Assembly: GCA_045863395.1 (NCBI GenBank)
Contig: BTVJ01000009.1
Coordinates: 102,155 to 166,154 of the forward strand
Source of the DNA: Myxococcales bacterium
Lineage (GTDB): Bacteria; Myxococcota_A; UBA9042; JABWCM01; BTVJ01
Length of the DNA stretch: 64,000 bases
Reading direction: 5' to 3'
The notes under the pieces were generated by a model. That model had not been told where the DNA came from. It saw only the letters and a list, made by a program, of their open reading frames with translations, and searched no databases. Positions 9,548 through 20,493 of this stretch are shown here, piece after piece (within the stretch, counting starts at the first letter, position 1; each line of letters opens with the position of its first letter). The translations under genes and the position numbers were made by a program.

Positions 9548-11368
9548 ATGAGCGCACCCAACGCAATGAAGCCCGGCGCGGGCAAGACCCCCGGAGGCGG
9601 CGCGTTCCTGGTCAACAAGTGCGGGGACCACGAGATCTTCACCCCCGAGAAGTTCGACAACGACACGCTGGAGATCGGCCGCACGGCCGAGCGCCTGCTG
9701 CTCGGCGAGGTCAAGCCCGCCGAGGAGCGCCTGGAGAAGCAGGAGCCGGGCCTGATGGTCTCGTTCCTCAAGAAGGCGGGGGAGCTCGGGCTGTTCATGA
9801 TCGACATCCCCGAGCAGTACGGCGGGCTCGACCTGCCGAAGTCGGTCAGCATGCTCGTGGCGGAGAAGGTGGCGTACAACGCGGACTTCTCGGTGACCTT
9901 CGGCGCGCACGCCGGCATCGGGACGCTGCCCATCGTCTTCTTCGGCACCGACGAGCAGAAGGCCCGCTATCTGCCGAAGCTGGCAACGGGCGAGCTGATC
10001 GGCGCCTACGCGCTGAGCGAGCCGGGCAGCGGCTCCGACGCCCTCGGGGCCCGCTGCAAGGCGATCTTGAACGAGGCGGGCACCCACTACCTGCTCAACG
10101 GCACGAAGCAGTGGATCACCAACGCCGCGTGGGCCGACGTCTTCGTCGTGTTCGCCCAGGTGGATGGCGACAAGTTCAGCGCGTTCATCGTCGAGAAGGA
10201 CACCCCCGGCTTCTCGCTCGGGCCCGAGGAGAACAAGCTCGGCATCAAGGGGAGCTCCACGAGGGCGCTGATCTTCGAGGACGCCCCGGTGCCCAAGGAG
10301 AACCTGCTCGGCGAGATCGGCAAGGGCCACAAGATCGCGTTCAACATCCTGAACGTCGGGCGCTTCAAGCTCGGTGTGGGCGTCACCGGCGGCGCGAAGC
10401 ACATCCAGACCGAGGGCGTGAAGTACGCCGCCGAGCGCAAGCAGTTCGGCACGCCGATCATCGAGCTCGGGGCGATCCGGCAGAAGATCGCGGACATGGC
10501 CATCCTGACCTACGCGATGGAGAGCCTGTGCTACCGCATCGCGGGGTACATGGACAACCTCTCCGAGGGCCTCGACCACGGCGCCCCGGACTACGCGAAG
10601 AAGCTGATGCACGTCATCGAGGAGTACGCCATCGAGAGCTCCATCGCGAAGGTGTACTGCTCGGAGGGGCTCGGGATGGTCATCGACGAGTCGCTCCAGA
10701 TCCACGGAGGCTACGGCTTCGTGAAGGAGTACCCGGTCGAGAAGCCCTACCGCGACTGCCGGGTCAACCGCATCTTCGAGGGCACCAACGAGATCAACCG
10801 GCTCCTGATCCCCGGCATGCTCCTCAAGCGCGCCATGGGCGGGAAGCTCCCGCTGCTCCAGCTCGTGCAGGGCATCGAGGGCGAGCTGAAGGAGGGCGCA
10901 CGGGCCGAGGTGCCGGCCCTCTCGGCCGACGCGCCGCTGGCCCGCGAGGTCTTCGCCGCCGACCAGATGAAGAAGGCCGCCGCGCTGATCATGGGCGCCA
11001 TGGCCCAGAAGTTCATGACCGCCATCGAGAAGGAGCAGGAGGTCCTGCTCGCCGTCGCCGACATGGTGATGGACGTCTACGCCGTGGACAGCACGGTGCA
11101 CCGCACGCTGCAGCGCATCCGCGACGAGGGCGCCGCGGCGCTGGGGGCCCAGATCGCCGCGACCCGCGCCCTGACCGTCGAGGCCACGGACCGGCTGCAC
11201 ATGCGGGCGCGGCGCCTGGCGGTGGACGTCTTCGGCGAGAAGGCCGGAAAGCTCCTGGACAAGATCGACCGACTCCTCCCCACCCTCCCGACGAGCGCCA
11301 TCGCTGAGAAGCGCCTCGTCGCGGATCACATCACCCGCGACCTCAAGTACAACCTCTCGCGCGTCTAG
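9548..11368 (+). CDS. Acyl-CoA dehydrogenase (long FadE/ACAD9-like form)
   Basis: YALSEPGSGSDA, NGTKQWITN, QIHGGYGF, RIFEGTNEIN motifs. Confidence 0.92.
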   Translation: MSAPNAMKPGAGKTPGGGAFLVNKCGDHEIFTPEKFDNDTLEIGRTAERLLLGEVKPAEERLEKQEPGLMVSFLKKAGELGLFMIDIPEQYGGLDLPKSVSMLVAEKVAYNADFSVTFGAHAGIGTLPIVFFGTDEQKARYLPKLATGELIGAYALSEPGSGSDALGARCKAILNEAGTHYLLNGTKQWITNAAWADVFVVFAQVDGDKFSAFIVEKDTPGFSLGPEENKLGIKGSSTRALIFEDAPVPKENLLGEIGKGHKIAFNILNVGRFKLGVGVTGGAKHIQTEGVKYAAERKQFGTPIIELGAIRQKIADMAILTYAMESLCYRIAGYMDNLSEGLDHGAPDYAKKLMHVIEEYAIESSIAKVYCSEGLGMVIDESLQIHGGYGFVKEYPVEKPYRDCRVNRIFEGTNEINRLLIPGMLLKRAMGGKLPLLQLVQGIEGELKEGARAEVPALSADAPLAREVFAADQMKKAAALIMGAMAQKFMTAIEKEQEVLLAVADMVMDVYAVDSTVHRTLQRIRDEGAAALGAQIAATRALTVEATDRLHMRARRLAVDVFGEKAGKLLDKIDRLLPTLPTSAIAEKRLVADHITRDLKYNLSRV

Positions 11369-11393
11369 CGCAACCACCCCTGCATGAACCACG

Positions 11394-11419
11394 GGGGGCC
11401 GGGTCCCTGCCCGGCCCCC
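11394..11419. terminator. GC-rich hairpin between convergent genes
   Basis: GGGGGCCGGG-TCCCTG-CCCGGCCCCC 10-bp stem; no U-tract. Confidence 0.45.
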
Positions 11420-11434
11420 TCCCTCACCCCCTCG

Positions 11435-12610
11435 TCAGACGGTCCGAGCGCCCGCGACCGACCGCAGCGTGATCAGCGGCAGCTCCGCCGGGCACGCGAT
11501 GCGGAACGGGAACCAGTGGCCCGCCCCGGCGCTGGTGTAGAGGCGGCTGTCTCCCCGCTCGTACACCCCGAGCAGGTAGTGGTCCGGGAACAGCGCCTCG
11601 CCGACGCTGCGGCCGCCGAGCGCCATCTGGAGGCCGTGGGTGTGGCCCGCCAGCGTCAGATCGGCGCCGAGGGCCGACGCCGGCACGAAGCCGTAGGGCC
11701 GGTGGGACAGGACGATGGACGCGGCGTCATCCGGCCGCCCAGCCAGGGCCGCGCCCACGGAGCGCGCCAGGCGCTCGTCGGGGCCCAGGGCGCGGTTGCT
11801 CGGGTCGTCGGCGCCCGCGATCCACAGCTTCGGGTGGACCAGCAGGCCCTCGCTGCGCAGGAGCCGCACGTCGCTCGCGTCGTGGAGCCGCAAGACCTCG
11901 GCGATGCCCCGGTGGTACTCGTGGTTCCCCGGCACGGCGAAGGCGCCCAGGCGGGGCCGGAGCGCGGCGATCATGCGCAGCGCGTCGGGCAGCCGCAGCA
12001 GGTCGTCTGCGATGTCGCCGGTCAGCAGCACCAGGTCCGGCGAGGGCACGCGGGCGAGCCCCGACTCCAGGTGGTCGAGCCCCGTGAAGGTGCCGATGTG
12101 CACGTCGGTGATCTGGAGCACCCGCAGCCCGTCGAGCTCGGGCGGGAGGTTGGGGAGCACGAGGTCGAAGGCGTTGACCCGCGGCCCCGGGAGCGCGGAG
12201 AGCACGCCGACCCCGCTGCTCGCCAGGGACAGCGCAGGGGCGGCGCCGATGGCCCCCTGCAGGAAGGCGCGCCGGGCGGGGCTGAGGGGGGCAGCGGGCG
12301 GCGCCTCCGTGCGGCGGCGGACGGCGGCGCGGATCAGCGCAGACAGGGGAACGGCGACGCACAGGGGCACCGCCACCACGGAGACGACGGCGGCCATGGA
12401 CGCGCCCGCGGTGGCCAGCCAGCGCACATGGATGATCGCCCCGAGCGACCACAGGGTCACGCCGAGGGCGCCCGCCACGAGGAGCCCCAGGAGGATGCGG
12501 CGCGTGCGCGGCGTCCACCACGGGCTCGTCACGCGGACCACGAGCATCAGGGCGAGCACGGGCAGGATGGTCATGGCGAGCACGATGGCGTAGGCGGCGA
12601 AGGATCTCAC
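11435..12610 (-). CDS. Membrane-anchored metallophosphoesterase (YkuE/YaeI-like)
   Basis: Three N-terminal TM helices, then DVH, GDIAD, GNHE, SH and GHTHG motifs; start estimated at GTG 12610. Confidence 0.85.
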   Translation of the reverse strand: MRSFAAYAIVLAMTILPVLALMLVVRVTSPWWTPRTRRILLGLLVAGALGVTLWSLGAIIHVRWLATAGASMAAVVSVVAVPLCVAVPLSALIRAAVRRRTEAPPAAPLSPARRAFLQGAIGAAPALSLASSGVGVLSALPGPRVNAFDLVLPNLPPELDGLRVLQITDVHIGTFTGLDHLESGLARVPSPDLVLLTGDIADDLLRLPDALRMIAALRPRLGAFAVPGNHEYHRGIAEVLRLHDASDVRLLRSEGLLVHPKLWIAGADDPSNRALGPDERLARSVGAALAGRPDDAASIVLSHRPYGFVPASALGADLTLAGHTHGLQMALGGRSVGEALFPDHYLLGVYERGDSRLYTSAGAGHWFPFRIACPAELPLITLRSVAGARTV

Positions 12611-12757
12611 GGTGGGCGCTCCCAAAGGCGAGGAGGAGTCGACAGGACCCGAACAAGCGTCGTTGCGACGGAATGCCCGGCCGCCGGGGATCCGGGCTTG
12701 CACCCTGTCGGCGCCCGCGGGTAGCATGCCCGTCCCGTGCAGCGCCAACGAGGTGAC

Positions 12758-13966
12758 ATGAGACGACTCGCACTTGCCGCGGCCATGCTGCTGGCCCTCG
12801 GCGCTGGCGCGGTCCTGGTCCACGGCCAGATCCCCGGCAACACCGCGTGGCCGTCGGTCCCGGAGCCGGACCAGATGCTGCTCACGTTTCCCGGCGACCC
12901 ACGCACCAGCATCGCGGTGTCCTGGCGGACGTCGCCCAGCATCGGCGAGGGGGCCGTGGAGGTGCGTGAGGCGGGCAAGGTCCGACGGGTGCCGGCCACC
13001 CTGGACGAGCTGGACTCGGCGCGCTGGCGGCCGGTGGTCAATGATCGCGTGATCCACCGCTTCTCGGCGAAGATCGAGGGGCTGAAGGCGGACACGGCCT
13101 GTGAGTACCGCATCGCGTGGCCTGGGCCCGACGGCGAGCGCACGACGGCGTGGCGCCCCTTCCGGACGGCGCCCGAGAGGGACGCCACCGTCACCTTCAT
13201 GTACCTGGGCGACCCGCAGAACGGGCTCCGGGAGTGGTCGAAGCGGTTCCAGGCGGCCATCGACCGGCACCCGGAGGTGCGCTTCGTGCTCATCGCGGGG
13301 GACCTGGTCGACGACGGGGAGGCGCGGACCCAGTGGGACGACCTCTTCGGGGGCGCCGGCGAGGCGTTCGCGCGCGTGCCGCTGGTGCCCGTACTCGGCA
13401 ACCACGACCACATCGGGAAGGGGGAGGAGCTGTTCACGCGGCTGTTCGTGCTCCCCGAGGACGGGCCGGTCGCGCCGGAGCACGTCTACGAGGTCACCTT
13501 CGGGCCGCTCCAGATCGCGGTCCTGGACTCGACGCGCCTCGACACCATGGCGGAGCAGGCGGCCTGGGCCGACGCGACGCTGGCGAAGGGGGACGTACCG
13601 TGGCGCATGGCGAGCTTCCACCACCCCATCTGGCCCTCGAGCGGCCAGCGTGACAACCCGCAGGTACGCGATGCGCTGATGCCGGTGCTCGAGGGGCGCG
13701 GGGCGGTCATGGTCCTGACGGGCCACGACCACGCCTACGTGCGCACGATGCCGCTTCGCAGCGGGAAGCCAACCGAGGGCGGCACGGTCTACACCATCGC
13801 CGTCAGCGGCTCCAAGATGTACCCGCAGAAGCCGCGGGACTTCTGGGCGGCGGGGTTCGAGAACACGGCGACCTACCAGCTCGTGACGGTGTCGCCCAAG
13901 ACATTCACCTACGTCGCACACACCTGGGACGGCAAGGAGGTGGACCGGTGGCAGACCGCGCGCTGA
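12758..13966 (+). CDS. Secreted purple acid phosphatase-like metallophosphoesterase
   Basis: Signal peptide, FN3-like N-domain, then GDPQ, GDLVD, GNHD, FHHP and GHDHAY motifs. Confidence 0.85.
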   Translation: MRRLALAAAMLLALGAGAVLVHGQIPGNTAWPSVPEPDQMLLTFPGDPRTSIAVSWRTSPSIGEGAVEVREAGKVRRVPATLDELDSARWRPVVNDRVIHRFSAKIEGLKADTACEYRIAWPGPDGERTTAWRPFRTAPERDATVTFMYLGDPQNGLREWSKRFQAAIDRHPEVRFVLIAGDLVDDGEARTQWDDLFGGAGEAFARVPLVPVLGNHDHIGKGEELFTRLFVLPEDGPVAPEHVYEVTFGPLQIAVLDSTRLDTMAEQAAWADATLAKGDVPWRMASFHHPIWPSSGQRDNPQVRDALMPVLEGRGAVMVLTGHDHAYVRTMPLRSGKPTEGGTVYTIAVSGSKMYPQKPRDFWAAGFENTATYQLVTVSPKTFTYVAHTWDGKEVDRWQTAR

Positions 13967-15120
13967 CCCAATGCGAAGGCCCGAGCGAGGAGTCCTGGCG
14001 TGCGCGCCTCGACGAGGACGCCCGCACCTGGCGCGAGGCGAGGGTGTCTCCGGACCTGGTCACCAAGTGGACCCGGCGGCTGCTCCACGAGTGGCGCACC
14101 ATCAACTGGAGCCGCACGCGCGGGGCCATGCGGCCGCCCCAGATCACGGTCAGCGGCGATCTCCGGCGCTGGGGGTCGTGGGACCCGGAGCTGCGCCTCC
14201 TGTCGATCAGCGAGCGCCAGATCGTGTGCTACACGTGGGACTCGGTGCTGGAGACGCTCAAGCACGAGATGGCCCACCAGTACGTGAACGAGATCCTCAA
14301 GATCATGGACGAGCCACCCCACGGGCCTGCGTTCCGACGCGCCTGCAAGCACCTCGGAGCCGACCCCGCCGCGCGGGCCAGCGGGGGCACCCCGCTCTCT
14401 GGAGGGACGCTGCCCGAGGAGCCGGCAGACCCGACCTTGCGCCGCGTCCGCAAGCTGCTCGCCCTCGCCGACCAGAACCCCAACGAGGCCGAGGCTCAGG
14501 CGGCCTACCGGCGCGCCAACTCCCTGCTGCTCAAGTACAACCTGTCCGTGGCGGACCTGGCGGAGGAGCGGGTCCACACCTGGCGACGACTGGGGGTCCC
14601 GTCGGGGCGCGTCTCCTCGGTGCATTACGGCATCGGCGGCATCCTGCGGGACTGGTTCTTCGTCGACGTGCTCTGGGTCCGCCACTATGTGGCGGCGGAG
14701 GACCGCGAGGGCCGCATCATGGAGGTCATGGGCACGCCCGCCAACGTGGACATGGCCGAGCACGTCCACGCCACCCTGTTGCGCGTCCTCGATGACCTGT
14801 GGGGCAAGTGGGCTCGGCGGAGCGGCGCGCGGGGAATCATGGCAAAGCGCGAGTACCAGGAGGGGGTGCTCGCGGGCTTCCAGGAGAGCCTGCGTGCGGG
14901 CCGGGAGGAGGACCGCAAGGAGGGCCTGGTCTGGGTGGGGGACCCGCGCCTCAAGCAGTGGGCCTCGGAGCGGTGGCCGATGCGCCGCACCGTCCAGCTC
15001 ACCGGCGTGATGCGCACGGACAACCACGCGGCGGGGATCGAGGATGGCAGGAACGTGCGCATCCACCGGCCCGTGGGCGGGAGCGCCGACCGCGGGCGGC
15101 TGCTCGGGGGAGCGGGGTGA
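13948..15120 (+). CDS. SprT-like zinc metalloprotease fused to a DUF2786-like domain
   Basis: TLKHEMAHQY (HExxH), PHGPAF, RVRKLLALA..NPNEAEA; start uncertain. Confidence 0.75.
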   Translation: MADRALTQCEGPSEESWRARLDEDARTWREARVSPDLVTKWTRRLLHEWRTINWSRTRGAMRPPQITVSGDLRRWGSWDPELRLLSISERQIVCYTWDSVLETLKHEMAHQYVNEILKIMDEPPHGPAFRRACKHLGADPAARASGGTPLSGGTLPEEPADPTLRRVRKLLALADQNPNEAEAQAAYRRANSLLLKYNLSVADLAEERVHTWRRLGVPSGRVSSVHYGIGGILRDWFFVDVLWVRHYVAAEDREGRIMEVMGTPANVDMAEHVHATLLRVLDDLWGKWARRSGARGIMAKREYQEGVLAGFQESLRAGREEDRKEGLVWVGDPRLKQWASERWPMRRTVQLTGVMRTDNHAAGIEDGRNVRIHRPVGGSADRGRLLGGAG

Positions 15121-15127
15121 GGGGGAA

Positions 15128-15201
<74 letters not shown>

Positions 15202-15212
15202 ACCGGAGCGGG

Positions 15213-15241
15213 ACTCTACGAGGGCGGTGGGGTCGCGTCAA
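15213..15241 (-). promoter_or_regulatory. Sigma70-like promoter of tRNA-Pro
   Basis: TTGACG-N17-TAGAGT on the minus strand just upstream of the tRNA. Confidence 0.6.
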
Positions 15242-15368
15242 GTCGAACGCGCAGGTGCGGCCGCGGTGAGTTGACCCTGCGCAGCTCGGCCCGCCTCCCC
15301 CTCTCGCTCCTCGTCTCCCTGAGATCACCGGCCGCGAACCCTCGCGACCCAAGGCCACCGAAGAACGG

Positions 15369-15418
15369 TTGCATTCTTGCGACGATCTGCCTACCATCCT
15401 TCGGCGACTTCGCCGAGG
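15369..15418 (+). promoter_or_regulatory. Sigma70-like promoter and dyad upstream of the Lrp regulator
   Basis: TTGCAT-N17-TACCAT followed by the TCGGCGA-CT-TCGCCGA inverted repeat. Confidence 0.45.
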
Positions 15419-15424
15419 TGACTA

Positions 15425-15949
15425 ATGAAATCAGGAAAAGGCGCGCACTCCCTGGATGACATCGACCGCCAGATCCTGGAGATCCTCCAGGAGGACTGCA
15501 CCACACCCCGCAACCGGGTCGCCGAGCTGGTCGGGCTCTCCGCGCCGTCCATCCACGAGCGCCTGCGCAAGCTGGAAGAGAGCGGGGTCGTGCAGGGCTA
15601 CCACGCCGTGCTGGACGCCCGCACCCTGGGCCTCGACGTGGCGGCCTTCATCGGCGTGTCCGTGCAGCACCCCTCCCAGATCGAGGCCTTCGAGGACGCG
15701 GTGGTGGCGCTCAAGGCCGTCCAGGAGTGCCACCACGTCACGGGTGACTTCACGCTGCTGCTCAAGGTGCGCACGGCCAACACCGCCACGCTCGAGGTGT
15801 TGATCAGCCGCATCCGGTCGCTGCCGGGGGTCGTCCGCACCGTGACCATGGTGGTCCTGTCCACCCAGACCGAGCGGGTTGCCATCGACCTGGCCACGCA
15901 GGAGGAGCCGGAGCACCGGCCCCGCCCGCACCGTTCGCGGTACCGCTGA
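15425..15949 (+). CDS. Lrp/AsnC family transcriptional regulator
   Basis: LDDIDRQILEILQED..VGLSAPSIHERLRKLEESGVV HTH; ECHHVTGDF RAM domain. Confidence 0.93.
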   Translation: MKSGKGAHSLDDIDRQILEILQEDCTTPRNRVAELVGLSAPSIHERLRKLEESGVVQGYHAVLDARTLGLDVAAFIGVSVQHPSQIEAFEDAVVALKAVQECHHVTGDFTLLLKVRTANTATLEVLISRIRSLPGVVRTVTMVVLSTQTERVAIDLATQEEPEHRPRPHRSRYR

Positions 15950-16020
15950 CGCGGTGACGGCCCCCAGACGTGAGAGGGGGCGCACCGGGGCGACCTTGGC
16001 GCCCACGGAAGGAGAGTCCG

Positions 16021-19000
16021 ATGAACCGAGAGCAGCTTGAGGCCTGGCGCGGTGCCTGGGATCGAGCCGAGGCGCTGGGCGCCTGGCACCCCGACCGGGA
16101 GCACGACGCGTGCGGCGTCGCCTTCGTGGCCCACATGCACGGCGCCAGCCACGACATCGTGCGGAAGGGCCTCGCCATCCTGGAGAGCCTGGCGCACCGA
16201 GGGGCCACGGGCGCGGACCCGCTGACCGGAGACGGCGCCGGCATCCTGCTCCAGATCCCCGACGCCCTGCTGCGCCGGGATCATGCGCTGCCCCCACGAG
16301 GAGCCTACGGGCTGGGGATGCTCTTCGTGCCGCTGGAGACCGGGGAGCGCGCACAGGCGACGGCGCTGGTCGAGCGCATCGTCGCCGAGGAGGGCCTGAC
16401 CCTCCTCGGGTGGCGGGAGGTCCCCACGGACGAGACCCAGTGCGGTGACCTGGCGCGGGCGAGTCTGCCTGCGGTGCGGCAGATCCTGGTGACGGCGGAC
16501 GACGACCAGGATCGCCTGGAGCGCCGCCTCTTCGTGACCCGCAAGCGCATCGGCCACGAGGCGGACGCGCTGGGGCTGCGGGTCTACGTGCCGTCCCTGT
16601 CCACGCGCACCGTGGTCTACAAGGGCCTGCTGATGGCCCACCAGGTGGCGGCGTTCTACCCGGACCTGCGGGACCCGCTGACGTCGTCGGCGCTGTGCAT
16701 CGTGCACCAGCGCTTCAGCACGAACACCATGCCGTCCTGGGAGCGCGCGCAGCCGTTCCGGATCCTGGCGCACAACGGCGAGATCAACACGCTGCGCGGC
16801 AACGTGAACTGGATGCTCGCGCGGGAGGGGCTCTTCGCGTCGGAGCTGTTCGGGGAGGACATCCGCAAGCTGCTCCCGGTCATCGTCACGAGCGGCAGCG
16901 ACTCCGCCATGCTGGACAACGCCCTGGAGGTGCTGCTCCAGACGGGCCGCTCGCTGCCCCACGCGCTGATGATGATGATCCCCGAGGCCTGGCAGAAGGC
17001 CACGGACATGAGCGACGCGCGCCACGCCTTCTACGAGTACCACGCGTGCCTGATGGAGCCCTGGGATGGCCCCGCGGCCGTCGCCTTCACGGACGGGCGC
17101 CACGTGGGGGCGCTGCTCGACAGAAACGGGCTGCGGCCGGCGCGCTGGCTCCGCACGAGAGACGGCCTCGTGGTGATGGCGTCTGAGACCGGCGTGCTGG
17201 AGATTCCACCAGAGGACATCGTCGAGCGGGAGCGGGTGAGGCCCGGGCGCATGATCCTCGTGGACACGGTGGAGGGTCGCCTGCTCCTCGACGACGAGAT
17301 CAAGGAGGCGGTCGCGGCGCGCAGGCCCTACCGCGCCTGGCTGGACGAGCACCTCGTGGAGCTGGATGACCTGCCCGGCGCGGAGGGCCCCCCGGCCCTG
17401 GACGCCGGCAGGCGTCAGTGCGCCCTGCGGGTGTTCGGATACACGAGGGAGGACGTCTCGCTCGTCGTCGCGCCCATGGCGGAGAGGGGGGAGGAGCCCA
17501 TCGGGTCCATGGGCAACGACACGCCGCCGGCGGCGCTGTCCGAGCGCTCGCCGCTGCTCTTCGACTACTTCCGCCAGCTCTTCGCCCAGGTGACGAACCC
17601 GCCCATCGACCCCCTCCGCGAGGAGCTGGTCATGTCGCTGCGGACGACGCTCGGGCCGCGCCGCAACCTGTTCGAGGAGACCCCGGAGCACTGCGCGCTG
17701 CTCGCCCTGCCCCACCCGCTCCTGACCGGCGCGGACCTGGCGCGCATCGAGGCGCGGGGGCAGGTCGTGCGGCTGGACACGGTGTTTGCGGTGGAGGGGA
17801 CGCTGGCCGAGGCGGTCTCGGGGCTGTGCGAGGCGGCGGCCGCGGCGGTGCGCGACGGGGCGACGCTGCTCGTCCTGACCGACCGGCGGCACGACGAGCT
17901 GCGGGCGCCCATGCCGAGCCTGTTGGCGACGGCGGCGGTCCACCACCATCTCATCCGCGAGGGCCTGCGGGGGCGCTGCGCGCTGGTCGTCGACTCGGGG
18001 GAGCCCCGGGAGGTCATGCACGTCTGCCTGCTGCTCGGCTATGGCGCGGGGGCCATCCACCCCTGGATGGCCTTCGAGGCCGTGCGGGGGCTCATCGCAG
18101 AGGGCACACTGGTAGGGGTGGGGCAGGAGCTCGCGGAGCAGCACGTCGTGAAGGCCCTGTGCAAGGGCATCAAGAAGGTGATGTCCAAGATGGGCATCTC
18201 CACCCTCGACAGCTACCGGGGCGCTCAGATCTTCGAGGCCATCGGGCTCCAGAGAGAGCTGGTCGATCAGTGGTTCACGCGGACGGCCACCCGGCTCGGC
18301 GGCGCGGGCATCGAGGACCTCGCCGGCGAGTGCAGGGCGCGCCACTCCGCCGCGTGGAGCGGGGACTTGGGGGACTTGGGGGACCTGGGGGACGGCGGGC
18401 GGTACCGTTGGCGGCGTGATGGCGAGCGGCACGCGTGGAACCCGGGCACCATCGGGCTCCTGCAGCACGCGGTGCGCAAGGGGAGCTACGCGCAGTTCAA
18501 GCGGTACACGGCGGCGGTGAACGCGGAGAGCGCGGCGGGGCTGACCCTGCGAGGGCTCCTGGAGCTGGTGCCCGCCGGGGACCCGGTGCCTCTCGCGGAG
18601 GTGGAGCCCGCGAGCGCCATCGTCAAGCGATTCAAGACGGGCGCCATGAGCCTCGGGGCCATCTCGCCCGAGGCCCACGAGGTCCTCGCCATCGCCATGA
18701 ACCGGCTGGGCGGGCAGTCCAACACCGGCGAGGGCGGAGAGGACCCGGCGCGCTTCGGGACGGACGCCAACGGTGACTCCCGGCGCAGCGCCATCAAGCA
18801 GGTCGCGAGCGGCCGCTTCGGGGTGACGAGCCACTACCTGGTCAACGCGGACGAGCTGCAGATCAAGATGGCGCAGGGGGCAAAGCCGGGGGAAGGCGGA
18901 CAGCTCCCGGGCCACAAGGTGGACGATCACATCGCCTGGCTGCGGCACTCGACCCCCGGCGTGGGGCTGATCTCTCCGCCACCCCACCACGACATCTACT

Positions 19001-20490
19001 CCATCGAGGACCTGGCGCAGCTCATCCACGACCTGAAGAACGCCAATGATCGCGCGCGCATCAGCGTGAAGCTGGTCGCCGAGGTGGGGGTGGGGACGGT
19101 CGCCGCCGGCGTGGCCAAGGCGGGGGCCGACGTCATCCTGGTGAGCGGCGACTCCGGTGGGACCGGGGCGGCGCCGCTGTCGTCCATCCGGCACGCCGGC
19201 GTCCCCTGGGAGCTCGGGCTCAGCGAGGCGCACCAGGTGCTCGTGCTCAACCGGCTCCGCGGGCGCGTCCGCCTGGAGACCGACGGGCAGCTCAAGACGG
19301 GCCGCGACGTCGCGGTGGCCGCCATGCTCGGCGCCGAAGAGTTCGGCTTCGCGACGGCGGCGCTGGTGGCGAGCGGGTGCATCCTCATGCGCGCCTGCCA
19401 CCTGAACACGTGCCCGGTGGGGGTGGCGACGCAGGATCCGCGCCTTCGGGCGCGCTTTGCGGGGAAGCCCGAGCACGTGACGAACATGATGACCTTCATC
19501 GCCGAGGAGCTGCGCGAGATCATGGCGTCCCTCGGCGTTCGCCGGGTGGACGACCTCGTGGGGCGGACGGACCTGCTGCGGCAGCGAGACTGCGGGGGGA
19601 AGGCGTCACGGCTGGACTTGAGCGGCCTGCTCCACCGGCCGGAGCTGGACACTCCCACCCGGTGGGTGGAGCCCCAGGACCACGGGCTCGACGAGGCGCT
19701 GGACCGCAGGCTGATCGTCGAGGCGCGCCCGGCGCTGGAGCGGCGGGCGGCGGTGCGCATCGAGGCACGGGTGACCAACGAGCACCGCACCGTGGGGACG
19801 CTGCTGTCTGCCGAGGTGTCGCGACGCTTCGGCCGGGAGGGGCTGCCGCCAGAGACCATCCGCCTCGACCTGCGCGGCACGGGAGGACAGAGCTTCGGGG
19901 CCTTCCTTGCGCCGGGGCTGGACGTGCACCTGGAGGGCGAGGCCAACGACTACTTCGGCAAGGGGATGAGCGGCGGGCGTCTGGTTGTGGTGCCGCCGGC
20001 GGCGGCGACCTTCGCGGCCGAAGACAACGTGATCGTGGGCAACGTGGCGCTGTACGGGGCCACCGCCGGGGAGGTGTTCATCCGTGGCATCGCGGGAGAG
20101 CGCTTCGCCGTGCGAAACAGCGGCGCGACCGCGGTCGTGGAGGCGCTCGGGGATCACGGCTGCGAGTACATGACCGGGGGGGCGGTGCTGGTGCTCGGCC
20201 CCATCGGGCGCAACTTCGCCGCGGGCATGAGCGGTGGGGTCGCGTGGCTGTATGACGGCGACGGGCAGTTCTGGTGCCGGGTCAACCACGAGATGGTGGA
20301 CCTCGAGCGGCCAGGAGAGGAAGACCTCGCGACGATCCGCGCCCTCATCCGGCGGCACGTGGATCTGACGGGGAGCGCGCTGGGATGGCGGCTCCTGTCG
20401 GGGTGGCGGACGGCGGCGCCGCGCTTCGTCAAGGTGATGCCCGTCGAGTATCGCAAGGCGCTGGAGCGGACGGCGCGCAGGGCGAGGTGA
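16021..20490 (+). CDS. gltB: Glutamate synthase large subunit
   Basis: HDACGV (Ntn Cys), [49 protein letters not shown] [3Fe-4S], GXGXG domain. Confidence 0.97.
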   Translation: MNREQLEAWRGAWDRAEALGAWHPDREHDACGVAFVAHMHGASHDIVRKGLAILESLAHRGATGADPLTGDGAGILLQIPDALLRRDHALPPRGAYGLGMLFVPLETGERAQATALVERIVAEEGLTLLGWREVPTDETQCGDLARASLPAVRQILVTADDDQDRLERRLFVTRKRIGHEADALGLRVYVPSLSTRTVVYKGLLMAHQVAAFYPDLRDPLTSSALCIVHQRFSTNTMPSWERAQPFRILAHNGEINTLRGNVNWMLAREGLFASELFGEDIRKLLPVIVTSGSDSAMLDNALEVLLQTGRSLPHALMMMIPEAWQKATDMSDARHAFYEYHACLMEPWDGPAAVAFTDGRHVGALLDRNGLRPARWLRTRDGLVVMASETGVLEIPPEDIVERERVRPGRMILVDTVEGRLLLDDEIKEAVAARRPYRAWLDEHLVELDDLPGAEGPPALDAGRRQCALRVFGYTREDVSLVVAPMAERGEEPIGSMGNDTPPAALSERSPLLFDYFRQLFAQVTNPPIDPLREELVMSLRTTLGPRRNLFEETPEHCALLALPHPLLTGADLARIEARGQVVRLDTVFAVEGTLAEAVSGLCEAAAAAVRDGATLLVLTDRRHDELRAPMPSLLATAAVHHHLIREGLRGRCALVVDSGEPREVMHVCLLLGYGAGAIHPWMAFEAVRGLIAEGTLVGVGQELAEQHVVKALCKGIKKVMSKMGISTLDSYRGAQIFEAIGLQRELVDQWFTRTATRLGGAGIEDLAGECRARHSAAWSGDLGDLGDLGDGGRYRWRRDGERHAWNPGTIGLLQHAVRKGSYAQFKRYTAAVNAESAAGLTLRGLLELVPAGDPVPLAEVEPASAIVKRFKTGAMSLGAISPEAHEVLAIAMNRLGGQSNTGEGGEDPARFGTDANGDSRRSAIKQVASGRFGVTSHYLVNADELQIKMAQGAKPGEGGQLPGHKVDDHIAWLRHSTPGVGLISPPPHHDIYSIEDLAQLIHDLKNANDRARISVKLVAEVGVGTVAAGVAKAGADVILVSGDSGGTGAAPLSSIRHAGVPWELGLSEAHQVLVLNRLRGRVRLETDGQLKTGRDVAVAAMLGAEEFGFATAALVASGCILMRACHLNTCPVGVATQDPRLRARFAGKPEHVTNMMTFIAEELREIMASLGVRRVDDLVGRTDLLRQRDCGGKASRLDLSGLLHRPELDTPTRWVEPQDHGLDEALDRRLIVEARPALERRAAVRIEARVTNEHRTVGTLLSAEVSRRFGREGLPPETIRLDLRGTGGQSFGAFLAPGLDVHLEGEANDYFGKGMSGGRLVVVPPAAATFAAEDNVIVGNVALYGATAGEVFIRGIAGERFAVRNSGATAVVEALGDHGCEYMTGGAVLVLGPIGRNFAAGMSGGVAWLYDGDGQFWCRVNHEMVDLERPGEEDLATIRALIRRHVDLTGSALGWRLLSGWRTAAPRFVKVMPVEYRKALERTARRAR

Positions 20491-20493
20491 GGC

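Noticed and set aside
15598..19476. Long antisense ORFs (this one, 54766..57996, 22654..25449, 5764..8112 and others)
   Set aside because: They are shadows of real genes caused by high GC3, with no motifs or RBS.
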